Below, in pieces: positions 7,378 to 16,639 of a stretch of DNA of 26,678 nucleotides (the first letter of the stretch is position 1; every line of letters begins with the position of its first letter). A model generated the notes under the pieces. It made no database searches. It was not told where the DNA came from and saw only the letters and a program-made list of their open reading frames with translations. A program made the position numbers and the translations under genes. The DNA comes from Sulfurifustaceae bacterium (GTDB lineage: Bacteria; Pseudomonadota; Gammaproteobacteria; Acidiferrobacterales; Sulfurifustaceae): positions 1 to 26,678 of the forward strand of contig JBGPGJ010000001.1 of NCBI GenBank assembly GCA_041483795.1, in the 5' to 3' direction.

Positions 7378-8613
7378 ATGTTTGGAAACTTGCGAAGAAT
7401 AGGAATAGTCGGCATAGCCGCGGCGAGTGTGTGCTTCGCCGGTTCGGCGATGGCCGACGTCAAGATCGCCTTCATTGATCCGCTTTCGGGCGGCGCCGCG
7501 TCCACGGGTATTTTGGCTCAGAAGACCCATCAGTTCTACATTGACGCGATCAACTCGGCTGGCGGCTTAAACGGCGAAAAACTTGAACTCGTTTCGTACG
7601 ACAACAAAGTCAACCCGCAGGAATCGCTGATTCAGTTGAAAAAGGCGCTTGACGACGGCGCGCGCTACGTCGTGCAAGGAAACGGCAGCTCCATCGCCCA
7701 TGCCATCACCGAGGCGGTGCTCAAACACAATGAGCGCAACCCGGGCAAAGAGGCGATCTTCCTCAACTATGCCGCGGTGGACCCGGCGCTGACCAACGAA
7801 AAGTGTAATTTCTGGCATTTCCGTTTCGACGCCGACGCGGACATGAAAATGGCCGCGCTGACGGATGTCATTGCGAAGGACAAGAAGGTCAAGAAAGTCT
7901 ACTTGATCAACCAGGATTACTCGTTCGGTAAGGCGGTAGCGGCGGCGGCTGAAAAGATGCTGAAGGAGAAACGTCCGGACATTAGGATCGTCGGCAACGA
8001 GTTGCACCCGTTACAAAAGGTCCAGGACTTCTCGCCTTACGTTGCGAAGATCAAAGCCTCCGGCGCCGATACGGTCATCACCGGCAACTGGAGCAACGAC
8101 ATGGTGCTGCTGATCAAGGCGGGCAAGGACGCGGGTCTTAAAGTCAATTGGCAAACGTACTACGGCGGCAGTCCCGGCGCCGTGACGGCCATCGGCGAGG
8201 CCGGTGTGGACACACTGAAACAAGTGACCGAGTGGCACAGTAACGCCACCGCACAGCTCGATGCGGCCGTGGCCGCTTTCGAAAAGCGCTTCCCCGGCAA
8301 GGAAAATACGTATGGCTATTGGCGCGTCAAGACCATGTGGGAGATGTTCGCCGCGGCGGCGAAGAAGGCGCAATCGAATGAGCCGGTGAAGCTCGGGAAA
8401 GCGCTGGAGGGGATGAAGATGCAGACGCCGTTAGGCGAGGTCCAAATGCGGGCGGATAACCACCAGCTGCTGCAACCGTTGTACGTCTCGACGCTTTCAA
8501 AGAATGTGAAATACGACGTCGAAGGTACCAAGCTCGGCTGGAAGACGGATGCGAAGGTGGATGCCAAGGCCACGGCGACGCCGACCACGTGTAAGATGCA
8601 GCGTCCGATTTAA
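7378..8613 (+). CDS. Liv/HAAT-family ABC transporter periplasmic substrate-binding protein
   Basis: Signal peptide '...AAASVCFAGSAMA-DVKIAFIDPLSG', then a type I periplasmic-binding fold pattern ('YDNKVNPQESL', 'DYSFGK', 'DFSPYVAKIKASGAD'). Strong RBS AGGAGGAG. Confidence 0.92.
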   Translation: MFGNLRRIGIVGIAAASVCFAGSAMADVKIAFIDPLSGGAASTGILAQKTHQFYIDAINSAGGLNGEKLELVSYDNKVNPQESLIQLKKALDDGARYVVQGNGSSIAHAITEAVLKHNERNPGKEAIFLNYAAVDPALTNEKCNFWHFRFDADADMKMAALTDVIAKDKKVKKVYLINQDYSFGKAVAAAAEKMLKEKRPDIRIVGNELHPLQKVQDFSPYVAKIKASGADTVITGNWSNDMVLLIKAGKDAGLKVNWQTYYGGSPGAVTAIGEAGVDTLKQVTEWHSNATAQLDAAVAAFEKRFPGKENTYGYWRVKTMWEMFAAAAKKAQSNEPVKLGKALEGMKMQTPLGEVQMRADNHQLLQPLYVSTLSKNVKYDVEGTKLGWKTDAKVDAKATATPTTCKMQRPI

Positions 8614-8653
8614 CGCGGTAGATAGAACAATTACATATAGTTAAGCAAACCGA

Positions 8654-8688
8654 TTATCCCCTTGCCGCGCTACGCGGCAAGGGGATAA
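8654..8688. repeat. Perfect 16-bp hairpin (3-nt loop) between the SBP and permease genes
   Basis: TTATCCCCTTGCCGCG-CTA-CGCGGCAAGGGGATAA, read directly from the sequence. There is no U-tract on the + strand. Confidence 0.9.
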
Positions 8689-8731
8689 ATATTGGAAATA
8701 CGTTCCTACCCGCCCTGGGGAAGAGCAGCAC

Positions 8732-9679
8732 ATGCTCGAACTTACGACGGTTTCGCTCCTTAACGGAGTGGTGTACGGTCTGCTGTTATTCATGCTGTCC
8801 AGCGGCCTGACGTTGATCTTCAGCATGATGGGCGTGCTCAATTTCGCCCATGCGAGCGTGTTCATGCTCGGCGCCTATTTTTCCTATCAAATCGGAAGAT
8901 GGATCGGTTTTTGGCCCGCCCTCGCGATCGCGCCTTTACTGTGCGGTTTGGTCGGGGCCGCGATCGAGCGCTACGGTTTGCGCCACGTCCATAAGTATGG
9001 GCACGTCGCGGAGATTCTTTTTACCTTCGGACTGGTGTATTTGATAGAAGAGTTCGTCACCATGATCTGGGGTCGCAACCCGGTCGGAAACGACGTTCCG
9101 CAAGCGATCGACTTCTCTTTGTTCTCCCTATTCGGCGGTACCTTCCCGGCCTACAAAGGGCTGATGATGGCGATTTCGTTGGCCATGTTCGTCTTTCTTT
9201 ATTTGGCGCTTAAGCGCACGCGTATCGGCCTCATCATCCAGGCGGCGCTGACGCATCCGCAGATGGTCGGTGCGCTCGGGCATAATGTCCCGGGCGTATT
9301 CGTATTGGTATTCGCCATCGGCAGTGCGTTGGCGGGATTGGCGGGCGTCATTGGAGGATTCGCTTGGCTGACCCAACCGACGCTGGCCAACACCCTCGGA
9401 CCAATTGTCTTTGTCGTCGTCGTGGTGGGCGGCCTTGGGTCGCTCGGGGGCGCGCTGATTGCTTCGATGCTCATCGGCATTCTCCAAACCCTTGCCGTTG
9501 CCCTGGATTATTCCCTGCTCGATCTATTCCAGACGTTTGATATTTCCGTGACCCGAGCGTCGCCGCTATATGAATTTTATTCGATTAAGATTGCGCACGC
9601 TGCGTCGGCCATCCCGTATCTGCTTCTGGTCCTGATGCTCATCCTCCGGCCGACGGGCCTCTTTGGGACGCGCGAATAA
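8732..9679 (+). CDS. livH: Liv-type ABC transporter permease, LivH-like
   Basis: Contains 'GLLLFMLSSGLTLIFSMMGVLNFAH', 'RTRIGLIIQAA' and 'FVVVVVGGLGSLGGA'. Multi-TM protein whose stop overlaps the next ATG (TAATG). Confidence 0.92.
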   Translation: MLELTTVSLLNGVVYGLLLFMLSSGLTLIFSMMGVLNFAHASVFMLGAYFSYQIGRWIGFWPALAIAPLLCGLVGAAIERYGLRHVHKYGHVAEILFTFGLVYLIEEFVTMIWGRNPVGNDVPQAIDFSLFSLFGGTFPAYKGLMMAISLAMFVFLYLALKRTRIGLIIQAALTHPQMVGALGHNVPGVFVLVFAIGSALAGLAGVIGGFAWLTQPTLANTLGPIVFVVVVVGGLGSLGGALIASMLIGILQTLAVALDYSLLDLFQTFDISVTRASPLYEFYSIKIAHAASAIPYLLLVLMLILRPTGLFGTRE

Positions 9680-11001
9680 TGAACGGCAGCCAAACCGCCG
9701 CGCCTGCGGCAACGTTGGTGGGTGCACGGATGGGTTTGATACAAAAATATAAGTTCTGGTTCGCCGCCGCGGTCGTGTTGTTGATTCTGCCGTACATCCC
9801 CGGCCTGAACGGCGATTTTTCGCGTTCGTTGTTGAGTCAGATGGGTATCTCGGCGGTATTTGCGCTCTCGTTCAATCTGCTGCTTGGGCAGACCGGGCTT
9901 CTTTCCTTCGGCCACGCGGTCTATTTCGGGCTGGGCGGCTACGCGGCGATCCATTTCATGCGAGCGATAAATGCCGGCCTGCCGATCCCGATTCCCTTCG
10001 TCCCGCTCGCGGGCGCGGCCGGCGGCCTTCTGATCGGCGTCTTGTTCGGGTCGGTTACCACTAAAAAAGCCAAGATCGTGTTTGCCCTGATCACCTTGGG
10101 CATAGCCGAGCTGGTCTATGCCGCTACGTTTATGTTGCCGGGCCTTTTCGGCGGTGAGGAGGGCATCACGGCCAGTCGAACCCGTGGCCCAAGCATCTTC
10201 GGACTTGATTTTGGATCGCAGATACAGGTCTATTACATTATCGCGTTTTGGGCGTTTGTTTCGGCGGCGCTGATGTATGCTTTCATGCGCACTCCCGTAG
10301 GTCGCATGTGCAACGCCGTCAGGGACAACCCGGAGCGCGCCGAATTTGTCGGGTATAACCCTCAACGCGTGCGCTTTATTGTGTTTTCGGTCGCCGGCAT
10401 GTTCGCCGGTCTTGCAGGCGGACTGCATGCGATTAATTACGAGATCGTGGCGGCGGATGCGGTCGGCGTCCTCCGCTCCGGTAGTGTCCTGGTGGCGGCC
10501 TATATCGGCGGCATCGGTCACTTCATCGGTCCCATTGTCGGTGCGATTACCCTCACTTGGCTGCAAGTCAGCTTGAGCGATTACACATCCGCTTGGTTGT
10601 TATATCTCGGTTTATTTTTCATGGCGATCATACTATTTGCTCCCGGCGGCCTCTCGGGTTTGATCATGATGCACGCTCCGATCGTTCGGACGAAGGTGTT
10701 CTGGGAAGTGCTTAAAACGTATGCGGTGGCGCTCGTGCCCGCCGTCATCATGGTCGTTGGCGCAGCGCTGCTGATCGAGATGAACTATCGTTTGTCCACG
10801 CAACCCGAACTGGGAACCCGGATGAAATTATTCCGGGTCAATGTGGATGCCGCCACCCCGTGGCCTTGGGTCGCCGCTACGCTCTTGCTCGTCGCCGGCT
10901 TTTACGTTTTTCGCAAGACGTGGCCTTATGTGGCGGCGGCGTGGAATCGGGCCATCGAGGAAGCTAACGCGGGAAAGTCCGACATGGGTGAACGGAGATG
11001 A
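9679..11001 (+). CDS. livM: Liv-type ABC transporter permease, LivM-like, with a C-terminal extension
   Basis: Contains 'FALSFNLLLGQTGLLSFGHAVYFG', 'VRDNPERAEFVGYN' and 'AYIGGIGHFIGPIVGA'. About 110 extra residues follow 'APGGLSG'. Confidence 0.92.
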   Translation: MNGSQTAAPAATLVGARMGLIQKYKFWFAAAVVLLILPYIPGLNGDFSRSLLSQMGISAVFALSFNLLLGQTGLLSFGHAVYFGLGGYAAIHFMRAINAGLPIPIPFVPLAGAAGGLLIGVLFGSVTTKKAKIVFALITLGIAELVYAATFMLPGLFGGEEGITASRTRGPSIFGLDFGSQIQVYYIIAFWAFVSAALMYAFMRTPVGRMCNAVRDNPERAEFVGYNPQRVRFIVFSVAGMFAGLAGGLHAINYEIVAADAVGVLRSGSVLVAAYIGGIGHFIGPIVGAITLTWLQVSLSDYTSAWLLYLGLFFMAIILFAPGGLSGLIMMHAPIVRTKVFWEVLKTYAVALVPAVIMVVGAALLIEMNYRLSTQPELGTRMKLFRVNVDAATPWPWVAATLLLVAGFYVFRKTWPYVAAAWNRAIEEANAGKSDMGERR

Positions 11002-11774
11002 CAAGCGCTTCCGCTCAGGTGAATGAGCAAAGACAGTCCGCACTGAAGTTACGCGACGTTCATAAAAGTTTCGGCAAAACGCCGATCATTCGCGGCGTGT
11101 CGCTCGACATCCACAGGGGCGAGCGCCACGCCATCATCGGCCCGAACGGCGCCGGCAAGTCCACTTTGTTCAATTTGATCAGCGGCCGCTTCCAGCCAAC
11201 TCGCGGTTCGATACGACTTAACGATGAAGAAATCGCCGGTATTCCGTCCTATCAAATTAACCGACGCGGTTTGTCGCGCAGTTTCCAGGTGACGAATATT
11301 TTTCCGCGTTTGAGCGTCTACGAAAATATCCGTTGCAGCGTGCTCTGGTCGCTGGGCCACAAATACAGTTTCTGGCGCAGCGCGGATAAATTACGCGACG
11401 CCAATGCGCTGACGGAAAGGACACTCGAGCAAATCAAAATGACCGCGCGCCGGAATGCGCTCGCGGGCGTACTCACTTATGCGGAGCAGCGCGCCCTGGA
11501 AATCGGCATCACCATCGCCAGCGGTGCGGACGTCATCATGCTCGACGAACCGACGGCTGGCATGAGCCATAGCGAAGCGGACAATGCCGTCGAGCTGATC
11601 CGGTCGGTGTCCAAAGGCAGGACGTTAGTCATGGTGGAGCACGACATGGGTGTCGTCTTCGGCCTGGCGGACCGGATCTCCGTGCTCGTGTACGGTGAAA
11701 TTATCGCCACGGATATCCCGAGCCGCATCAAGCAAAATAAAGCCGTGCAGACCGCGTATCTAGGAACGGAATAA
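10998..11774 (+). CDS. livG: Liv-type ABC transporter ATP-binding protein, LivG-like
   Basis: Walker A GPNGAGKST, 'RSFQVTNIF', signature 'LTYAEQR', Walker B 'IMLDEPTAG', 'VEHDM' and a C-terminal 'AYLG'. ATGA overlap with livM. Confidence 0.93.
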   Translation: MTSASAQVNEQRQSALKLRDVHKSFGKTPIIRGVSLDIHRGERHAIIGPNGAGKSTLFNLISGRFQPTRGSIRLNDEEIAGIPSYQINRRGLSRSFQVTNIFPRLSVYENIRCSVLWSLGHKYSFWRSADKLRDANALTERTLEQIKMTARRNALAGVLTYAEQRALEIGITIASGADVIMLDEPTAGMSHSEADNAVELIRSVSKGRTLVMVEHDMGVVFGLADRISVLVYGEIIATDIPSRIKQNKAVQTAYLGTE

Positions 11775-11776
11775 GC

Positions 11777-12472
11777 ATGTTGGAAGTGGAAAATTTACAC
11801 GCCTTCTATGGCAAGAGCCACATCTTGCAAGGCATTTCGTTTCGCGTCGGCGAAGGCGAGATTGTCAGCTTACTCGGGCGCAATGGCGCCGGCCGCTCGA
11901 CCACGATTAAAACCGTCATGGGCGAAGTGCCGCCCTTGGGAAGCATTCGCTTTAAGGGCGAGCGCATTGACGGTCTGAAATCGCATGAGATCGCTCGTAA
12001 AGGATTGGGTTACGTGCCGGAAAACAGGGACGTCTTTCCCGGCCTCACTGTGCGCGAGAACCTGATTCTCGGCATGAAGTCGAAAAAGCAGAATGGGCGT
12101 TGGTCGCTGGACGAGATGTTTAACCTGTTTCCCCTTCTGCGCGAACGCGTCGATGCGCCGGGTGGGGTACTGTCGGGTGGCGAGCAGCAAATGCTGACCA
12201 TATGTCGCACGCTCATGGGCGACCCCGAGCTGATCATGGTGGATGAACCTACCGAGGGATTGGCGCCCAAGATGGTGGAGCTGGTGCGCGGACTATTGGA
12301 GCAAATCGCAGGACGCGGCGTCGCGATTTTATTGGTCGAGCAAAAGCTCACGATTGCGTTGAATATTTCGCATCGCCTCTACGTGATGGGCCACGGGCAC
12401 ATCGTGTTTGAAGGCACGCCCGCGGAGTTGCGCGCGAACGAGTCGGTGCGCAAGGAGTGGTTGGAGGTATGA
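11777..12472 (+). CDS. livF: Liv-type ABC transporter ATP-binding protein, LivF-like (Walker A reads GRNGAGRST)
   Basis: Starts 'LEVENLHAFYGKSHILQG' and contains signature LSGGEQQ, Walker B 'MVDEPTEGL' and 'LLVEQ'. The Walker A Lys is replaced by Arg. Confidence 0.93.
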   Translation: MLEVENLHAFYGKSHILQGISFRVGEGEIVSLLGRNGAGRSTTIKTVMGEVPPLGSIRFKGERIDGLKSHEIARKGLGYVPENRDVFPGLTVRENLILGMKSKKQNGRWSLDEMFNLFPLLRERVDAPGGVLSGGEQQMLTICRTLMGDPELIMVDEPTEGLAPKMVELVRGLLEQIAGRGVAILLVEQKLTIALNISHRLYVMGHGHIVFEGTPAELRANESVRKEWLEV

Positions 12473-12656
12473 TGTTTCCCGAATCTCGAACTCCAGGGCA
12501 CGGGCAGAGCGGCGGTTTTTCTCTCTCGATGAGTGCGCGATTCTCCGTTGCTTTGCTGCCGGATGGTTCGGGTCTTGTTGTTCGTCGCATGTCCTGGCGA
12601 TCGCGGCGGACAGCAAGGCGCTTGTGGTCGAAAGTCTTTATTACGTCGGAGCGAGA

Positions 12657-14747
12657 ATGAGCGGCACTCAATATCAGTTGCATGGCGCGGTGGCGGTTAT
12701 CACGCTGGACAACCCGCCGGTAAACGGTCTCGGCCACGATTTGCGCCGCGGCATCGTCGCCGGCGTTGATCGGGCGCAAGCCGATCCCAACGTGAAGGCC
12801 ATCGTTCTGATCGGCGCCGGCAAGGCGTTCTCGGGCGGCGCCGATATCCGCGAGTTCAACACGCCCAAGGCGACGGCGGAGCCGACGCTGCACACGGTGA
12901 TCCGCGTCGTCGAAGGCAGCACGAAACCGGTCGTCGCCGCGATCGGCGGCGCGTGCATGGGCGGCGGCCTGGAGTTGGCGCTGGGCTGCCATTTTCGCGT
13001 CGCCGCGCCCGGCGCCCAGATCGCGTTGCCCGAGGTCAAGCTCGGCATCCTGCCGGGCGCCGGTGGGACGCAACGCCTGCCGCGCGTCATCGGCGTCGAG
13101 ACGGCGCTCAACATGATTGTCTCCGGCGAGGCCGTTCCCTCCGAGCAATTCAAGGGCACGGCGCTGTTCGATGAGATGATCGAGGGCGATCTGCTTCAGG
13201 GCGCGCTCGCATTCGCCGAGAAAGTCGTGGTGGAGAACCGGTCGCTCAAACTTTTGCGCGATATCGAAATCAACTACCCGAACGCGGAAGCCTTCTTCCA
13301 GTTCGCACGCAACACCGTCGGCGCGGTGGCGAAAAACTTCCCCGCGCCGCTTAAATGCGTGGACGCGGTGGCCACGGCCGTGTCCCAGCCCTTTGGGGAA
13401 GGACTGAAGATCGAGCGCGAGTTCTTCGTGTATCTGGTGCAAACGCCCGAGTCACGGGCTCTGCGTCACGCCTTCTTCGGCGAGCGTGCCGCCTCCAAGA
13501 TTCCGGACGTGCCCGAGGATACACCCACGCGCAAAATAGAAAAGGTCGCGGTGATCGGTGCCGGCACCATGGGCGGCGGTATCGCCATGAACTTCCTCAA
13601 TGCCGGGATCCCCGTCACGATTCTCGAGATGAAGCAAGAGGCGATTGATAAGGGCGTGGCCACCATCCGCAAGAATTATGAGAACTCGCTGAAGAAGGGC
13701 AAGCTGACTCAAGAAAAACTGAATCAGCGCATGGGCCTGCTCAAACCGACGCTATCCTATGACGACTTCAAGGACGCCGACCTTATTATCGAAGCCGTGT
13801 TCGAGGACATCGGCGTCAAGGAAACCGTGTTCAAGAAGCTCGACCAGATCGCCAAGCCGGGCGCGATTCTCGCGAGCAACACCTCGACGCTCGACGTCAA
13901 CAAAATCGCCTCTTTCACCAAGCGTTCCCAGGATGTCGTCGGCATGCACTTTTTCAGTCCGGCCAACGTCATGAAGCTGCTGGAAGTGGTGCGGGGTCAG
14001 AAGACGGGTAAAGATGTTTTGGCCACAGTGATGAAAATCGCCAGGACGATAAAAAAGACCGCCGTGGTGTCCGGTGTGTGCGACGGTTTCATCGGTAACC
14101 GCATGATCGAGCACTACTCGCGTCAAGCGATGTTTTTGGTGGAAGACGGCGCTGCACCGCAACAAGTAGACCGCGCCCTGGAGAAATTCGGCATGGCGAT
14201 GGGGCCGTTCCGCATGGGCGATCTCGCGGGCAACGACATCGGCTGGGCCATTCGCAAACGCCGCTACAAAGAGAAGCCCGACGTCGTTTATTCGGGCGTC
14301 GCCGACCGACTGTGCGAGATGGGCCGCTTCGGTCAGAAAACCGGCGCCGGCTGGTACCGCTACGAAACCGGCAAACGTGACGCCATTCCCGATCCGGTGG
14401 TGGACGAGTTGATCGCCAACTACCGCAAGGACAAGGGCATCGCCCTGCGCAAGATCGGCGACGAGGAAATCGTCGAGCGCTGTATCTTCGCGCTGGTGAA
14501 CGAAGGTGCGCGCATCCTCGAGGAAGGTATTGCGCTGCGCGCCTCCGACATAGACATGGTCTACCTCACCGGTTACGGTTTCCCGCTGTATCGCGGCGGA
14601 CCCATGCTTTATGCCGACACGGTGGGGCTCTACAACGCGATCGCCAGCATGAAGCGCTTTGCCGCCGATGTCCGCGACGCCAAGTTCTGGCAACCGGCGC
14701 CGCTATTGGCGAAACTCGCGGCGGAAAGCAAGACGTTCAACGGCTGA
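12657..14747 (+). CDS. Bifunctional enoyl-CoA hydratase / 3-hydroxyacyl-CoA dehydrogenase (PimF/FadB/FadJ-like)
   Basis: Likely start MSGTQYQLHG at 12657 (696 aa). The crotonase domain has 'LDNPPVNG', 'FSGGADI', 'GGGLELAL' and 'PEVKLG'. The dehydrogenase domain has the Rossmann motif 'VIGAGTMGGGI', 'ASNTSTL' and 'HFFSPAN'. Confidence 0.93.
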   Translation: MSGTQYQLHGAVAVITLDNPPVNGLGHDLRRGIVAGVDRAQADPNVKAIVLIGAGKAFSGGADIREFNTPKATAEPTLHTVIRVVEGSTKPVVAAIGGACMGGGLELALGCHFRVAAPGAQIALPEVKLGILPGAGGTQRLPRVIGVETALNMIVSGEAVPSEQFKGTALFDEMIEGDLLQGALAFAEKVVVENRSLKLLRDIEINYPNAEAFFQFARNTVGAVAKNFPAPLKCVDAVATAVSQPFGEGLKIEREFFVYLVQTPESRALRHAFFGERAASKIPDVPEDTPTRKIEKVAVIGAGTMGGGIAMNFLNAGIPVTILEMKQEAIDKGVATIRKNYENSLKKGKLTQEKLNQRMGLLKPTLSYDDFKDADLIIEAVFEDIGVKETVFKKLDQIAKPGAILASNTSTLDVNKIASFTKRSQDVVGMHFFSPANVMKLLEVVRGQKTGKDVLATVMKIARTIKKTAVVSGVCDGFIGNRMIEHYSRQAMFLVEDGAAPQQVDRALEKFGMAMGPFRMGDLAGNDIGWAIRKRRYKEKPDVVYSGVADRLCEMGRFGQKTGAGWYRYETGKRDAIPDPVVDELIANYRKDKGIALRKIGDEEIVERCIFALVNEGARILEEGIALRASDIDMVYLTGYGFPLYRGGPMLYADTVGLYNAIASMKRFAADVRDAKFWQPAPLLAKLAAESKTFNG

Positions 14748-14766
14748 TCCACGAGCGGAGGTCAAT

Positions 14767-15372
14767 ATGGGCGAGAACGCAACGCATAAACCGCGGGCCA
14801 CGTTTTGGCGCATGCAGGACAGCACGGTCGAGGACTGGCGAATCATCGCAGGCAAGTTCAAGGCGTACGCAAAGGCGTTGCCGGATCGCGTGCTGTCGCA
14901 CTTACGCCTGCTCGAGGGAGACTGCGGAGGATTCCCCGTGGATCGGCTGACTCATTCGTTACAGACGGCGACCCTCGCGCTGCGCGCCGGGCGCGACGAG
15001 GAGTATGTGGTGTGTGCGCTGCTGCATGACATCGGCGATACGCTCGGTTTCTTCAACCATCCGGATATCGCGGCGGCGATCTTGAAACCGTTCGTGTCGG
15101 AGGAGAATCACTGGATGGTGGAGAAGCACGGCATCTTTCAGGCTTACTACTTCTTCCATCGCCTGGACATGGATCGCCACATCCGCGAGCAATTTCGCGG
15201 ACACCCGTATTTCGAACGCACGGCCGAGTTTTGCGAGCTGTACGACAACCCGGCGTTCGATCCGAAGAAAGAAACCTTGCCGCTGGCGGAGTTCGAGCCG
15301 ATGGTGCGGCGCGTGTTCGCCCGACCCCGGAACACCATCTACCGTGGTACGGTCGAGCAATCGGCCGACTGA
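14767..15372 (+). CDS. HD-domain metalloprotein (usually annotated phosphohydrolase), with PhnZ-like ligand spacing
   Basis: Start MGENATHK at 14767, with RBS GGAGG upstream (201 aa). Contains 'LTHSLQTAT', 'ALLHDIGD', 'NHPD', 'VEKHG' and 'YDNPAFD'. Confidence 0.88.
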   Translation: MGENATHKPRATFWRMQDSTVEDWRIIAGKFKAYAKALPDRVLSHLRLLEGDCGGFPVDRLTHSLQTATLALRAGRDEEYVVCALLHDIGDTLGFFNHPDIAAAILKPFVSEENHWMVEKHGIFQAYYFFHRLDMDRHIREQFRGHPYFERTAEFCELYDNPAFDPKKETLPLAEFEPMVRRVFARPRNTIYRGTVEQSAD

Positions 15373-15389
15373 TCTTGCAGGAGACTCAC

Positions 15390-16568
15390 ATGACCGACGC
15401 AGTGATTGTTTCCACCGCGCGCACCGGCCTGGCCAAGTCCTGGCGTGGCGCGCTGAACATGACCCACGGCGCGACCCTGGGCGGCCACGTCGTCAAGCAT
15501 GCCATCGAGCGCGCCAAGCTCGAGCCCGCCGAGGTCGAAGATGTATTGATGGGGTGCGCCACCCCCGAAGGCGCCACCGGCGGCAACATCGCCCGCCAGA
15601 TCGCGCTCCGCGCCGGTTGCCCCGTCACCGTGGCGGGCGCGACCGTGAACCGTTTTTGTTCGTCGGGGTTGCAAACGATCGCCATGGCCGCGCAACGGAT
15701 TATCGCCGGCGAAGGCGATATCTTCGTGGCCGGCGGCGTGGAGTCCATCTCTTGCGTGCAGAACGAGGCCAACCGGCACATGTTTCGCGAGACCTGGTTG
15801 TCGGAGAAGAAGCCGGAAGTCTATTGGAGCATGCTCCAGACCGCGGAAAATGTCTCCAAACGCTACAACATCCCGCGCGAGAAGCAGGACGAGTACGGCG
15901 CGCAGAGCCAACAGCGCGCGGCTGCCGCCGCCGCGGCCGGCAAGTTTAAGGACGAGATCGTCCCGATCACGGTGACGATGGGAGTCGCCGACAAGGACTC
16001 CGGTCGTCTCTATACCAAAGAGGTTACGCTCGCCGCCGACGAGGGCATCCGACCCGACACCACCTTTGACGGCGTGTCCAAGATCAAACCGGCGCTGCCG
16101 GGCGGGGTGATCGCCGCCGGCAACGCCAGCCAGTTCTCCGACGGCGCCTCGGCGTGCGTGGTGATGCGCGACACCGTGGCGGCAAAAAAAGGTCTCAAGC
16201 CGCTGGGTGTGTTCCGTGGTTTCGCGGTCGCCGGCTGCGAGCCCGACGAAATGGGGATCGGTCCGGTGTTCGCCGTCCCCAAGCTGCTCAAACGCGCTGG
16301 GAAAAAAGTCGAGGACATCGATCTCTGGGAATTAAACGAGGCGTTTGCGGTACAGGTCATTTACTGTCGCGACCGGCTCGGTATTCCCGGCGATCGGCTC
16401 AACGTTAACGGCGGCGCCATTGCTGTGGGTCATCCCTACGGCGTATCCGGCGCGCGGCTCACCGGCCACGCGCTGATCGAGGGCAAGCGCCGTGGGGCGA
16501 AATGGGTCGTCGTCACCATGTGCATCGGCGGCGGCATGGGCGCGGCCGGCTTGTTCGAGGTCGTGTAA
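15390..16568 (+). CDS. Acetyl-CoA C-acyltransferase (3-ketoacyl-CoA thiolase, PimB-like)
   Basis: Start [12 protein letters not shown] at 15390, with RBS AGGAGA upstream. The catalytic set is intact: 'NRFCSSG', 'NEAFA', 'GHPYG' and 'TMCIGGG'. Confidence 0.95.
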   Translation: MTDAVIVSTARTGLAKSWRGALNMTHGATLGGHVVKHAIERAKLEPAEVEDVLMGCATPEGATGGNIARQIALRAGCPVTVAGATVNRFCSSGLQTIAMAAQRIIAGEGDIFVAGGVESISCVQNEANRHMFRETWLSEKKPEVYWSMLQTAENVSKRYNIPREKQDEYGAQSQQRAAAAAAAGKFKDEIVPITVTMGVADKDSGRLYTKEVTLAADEGIRPDTTFDGVSKIKPALPGGVIAAGNASQFSDGASACVVMRDTVAAKKGLKPLGVFRGFAVAGCEPDEMGIGPVFAVPKLLKRAGKKVEDIDLWELNEAFAVQVIYCRDRLGIPGDRLNVNGGAIAVGHPYGVSGARLTGHALIEGKRRGAKWVVVTMCIGGGMGAAGLFEVV

Positions 16569-16639
16569 CGGCAAGTGAAGCTTGAATCGCGAAAGGCGGT
16601 TCACGGTTGTTCAACGAGCGGCGTAACGAGGATTCCGCA

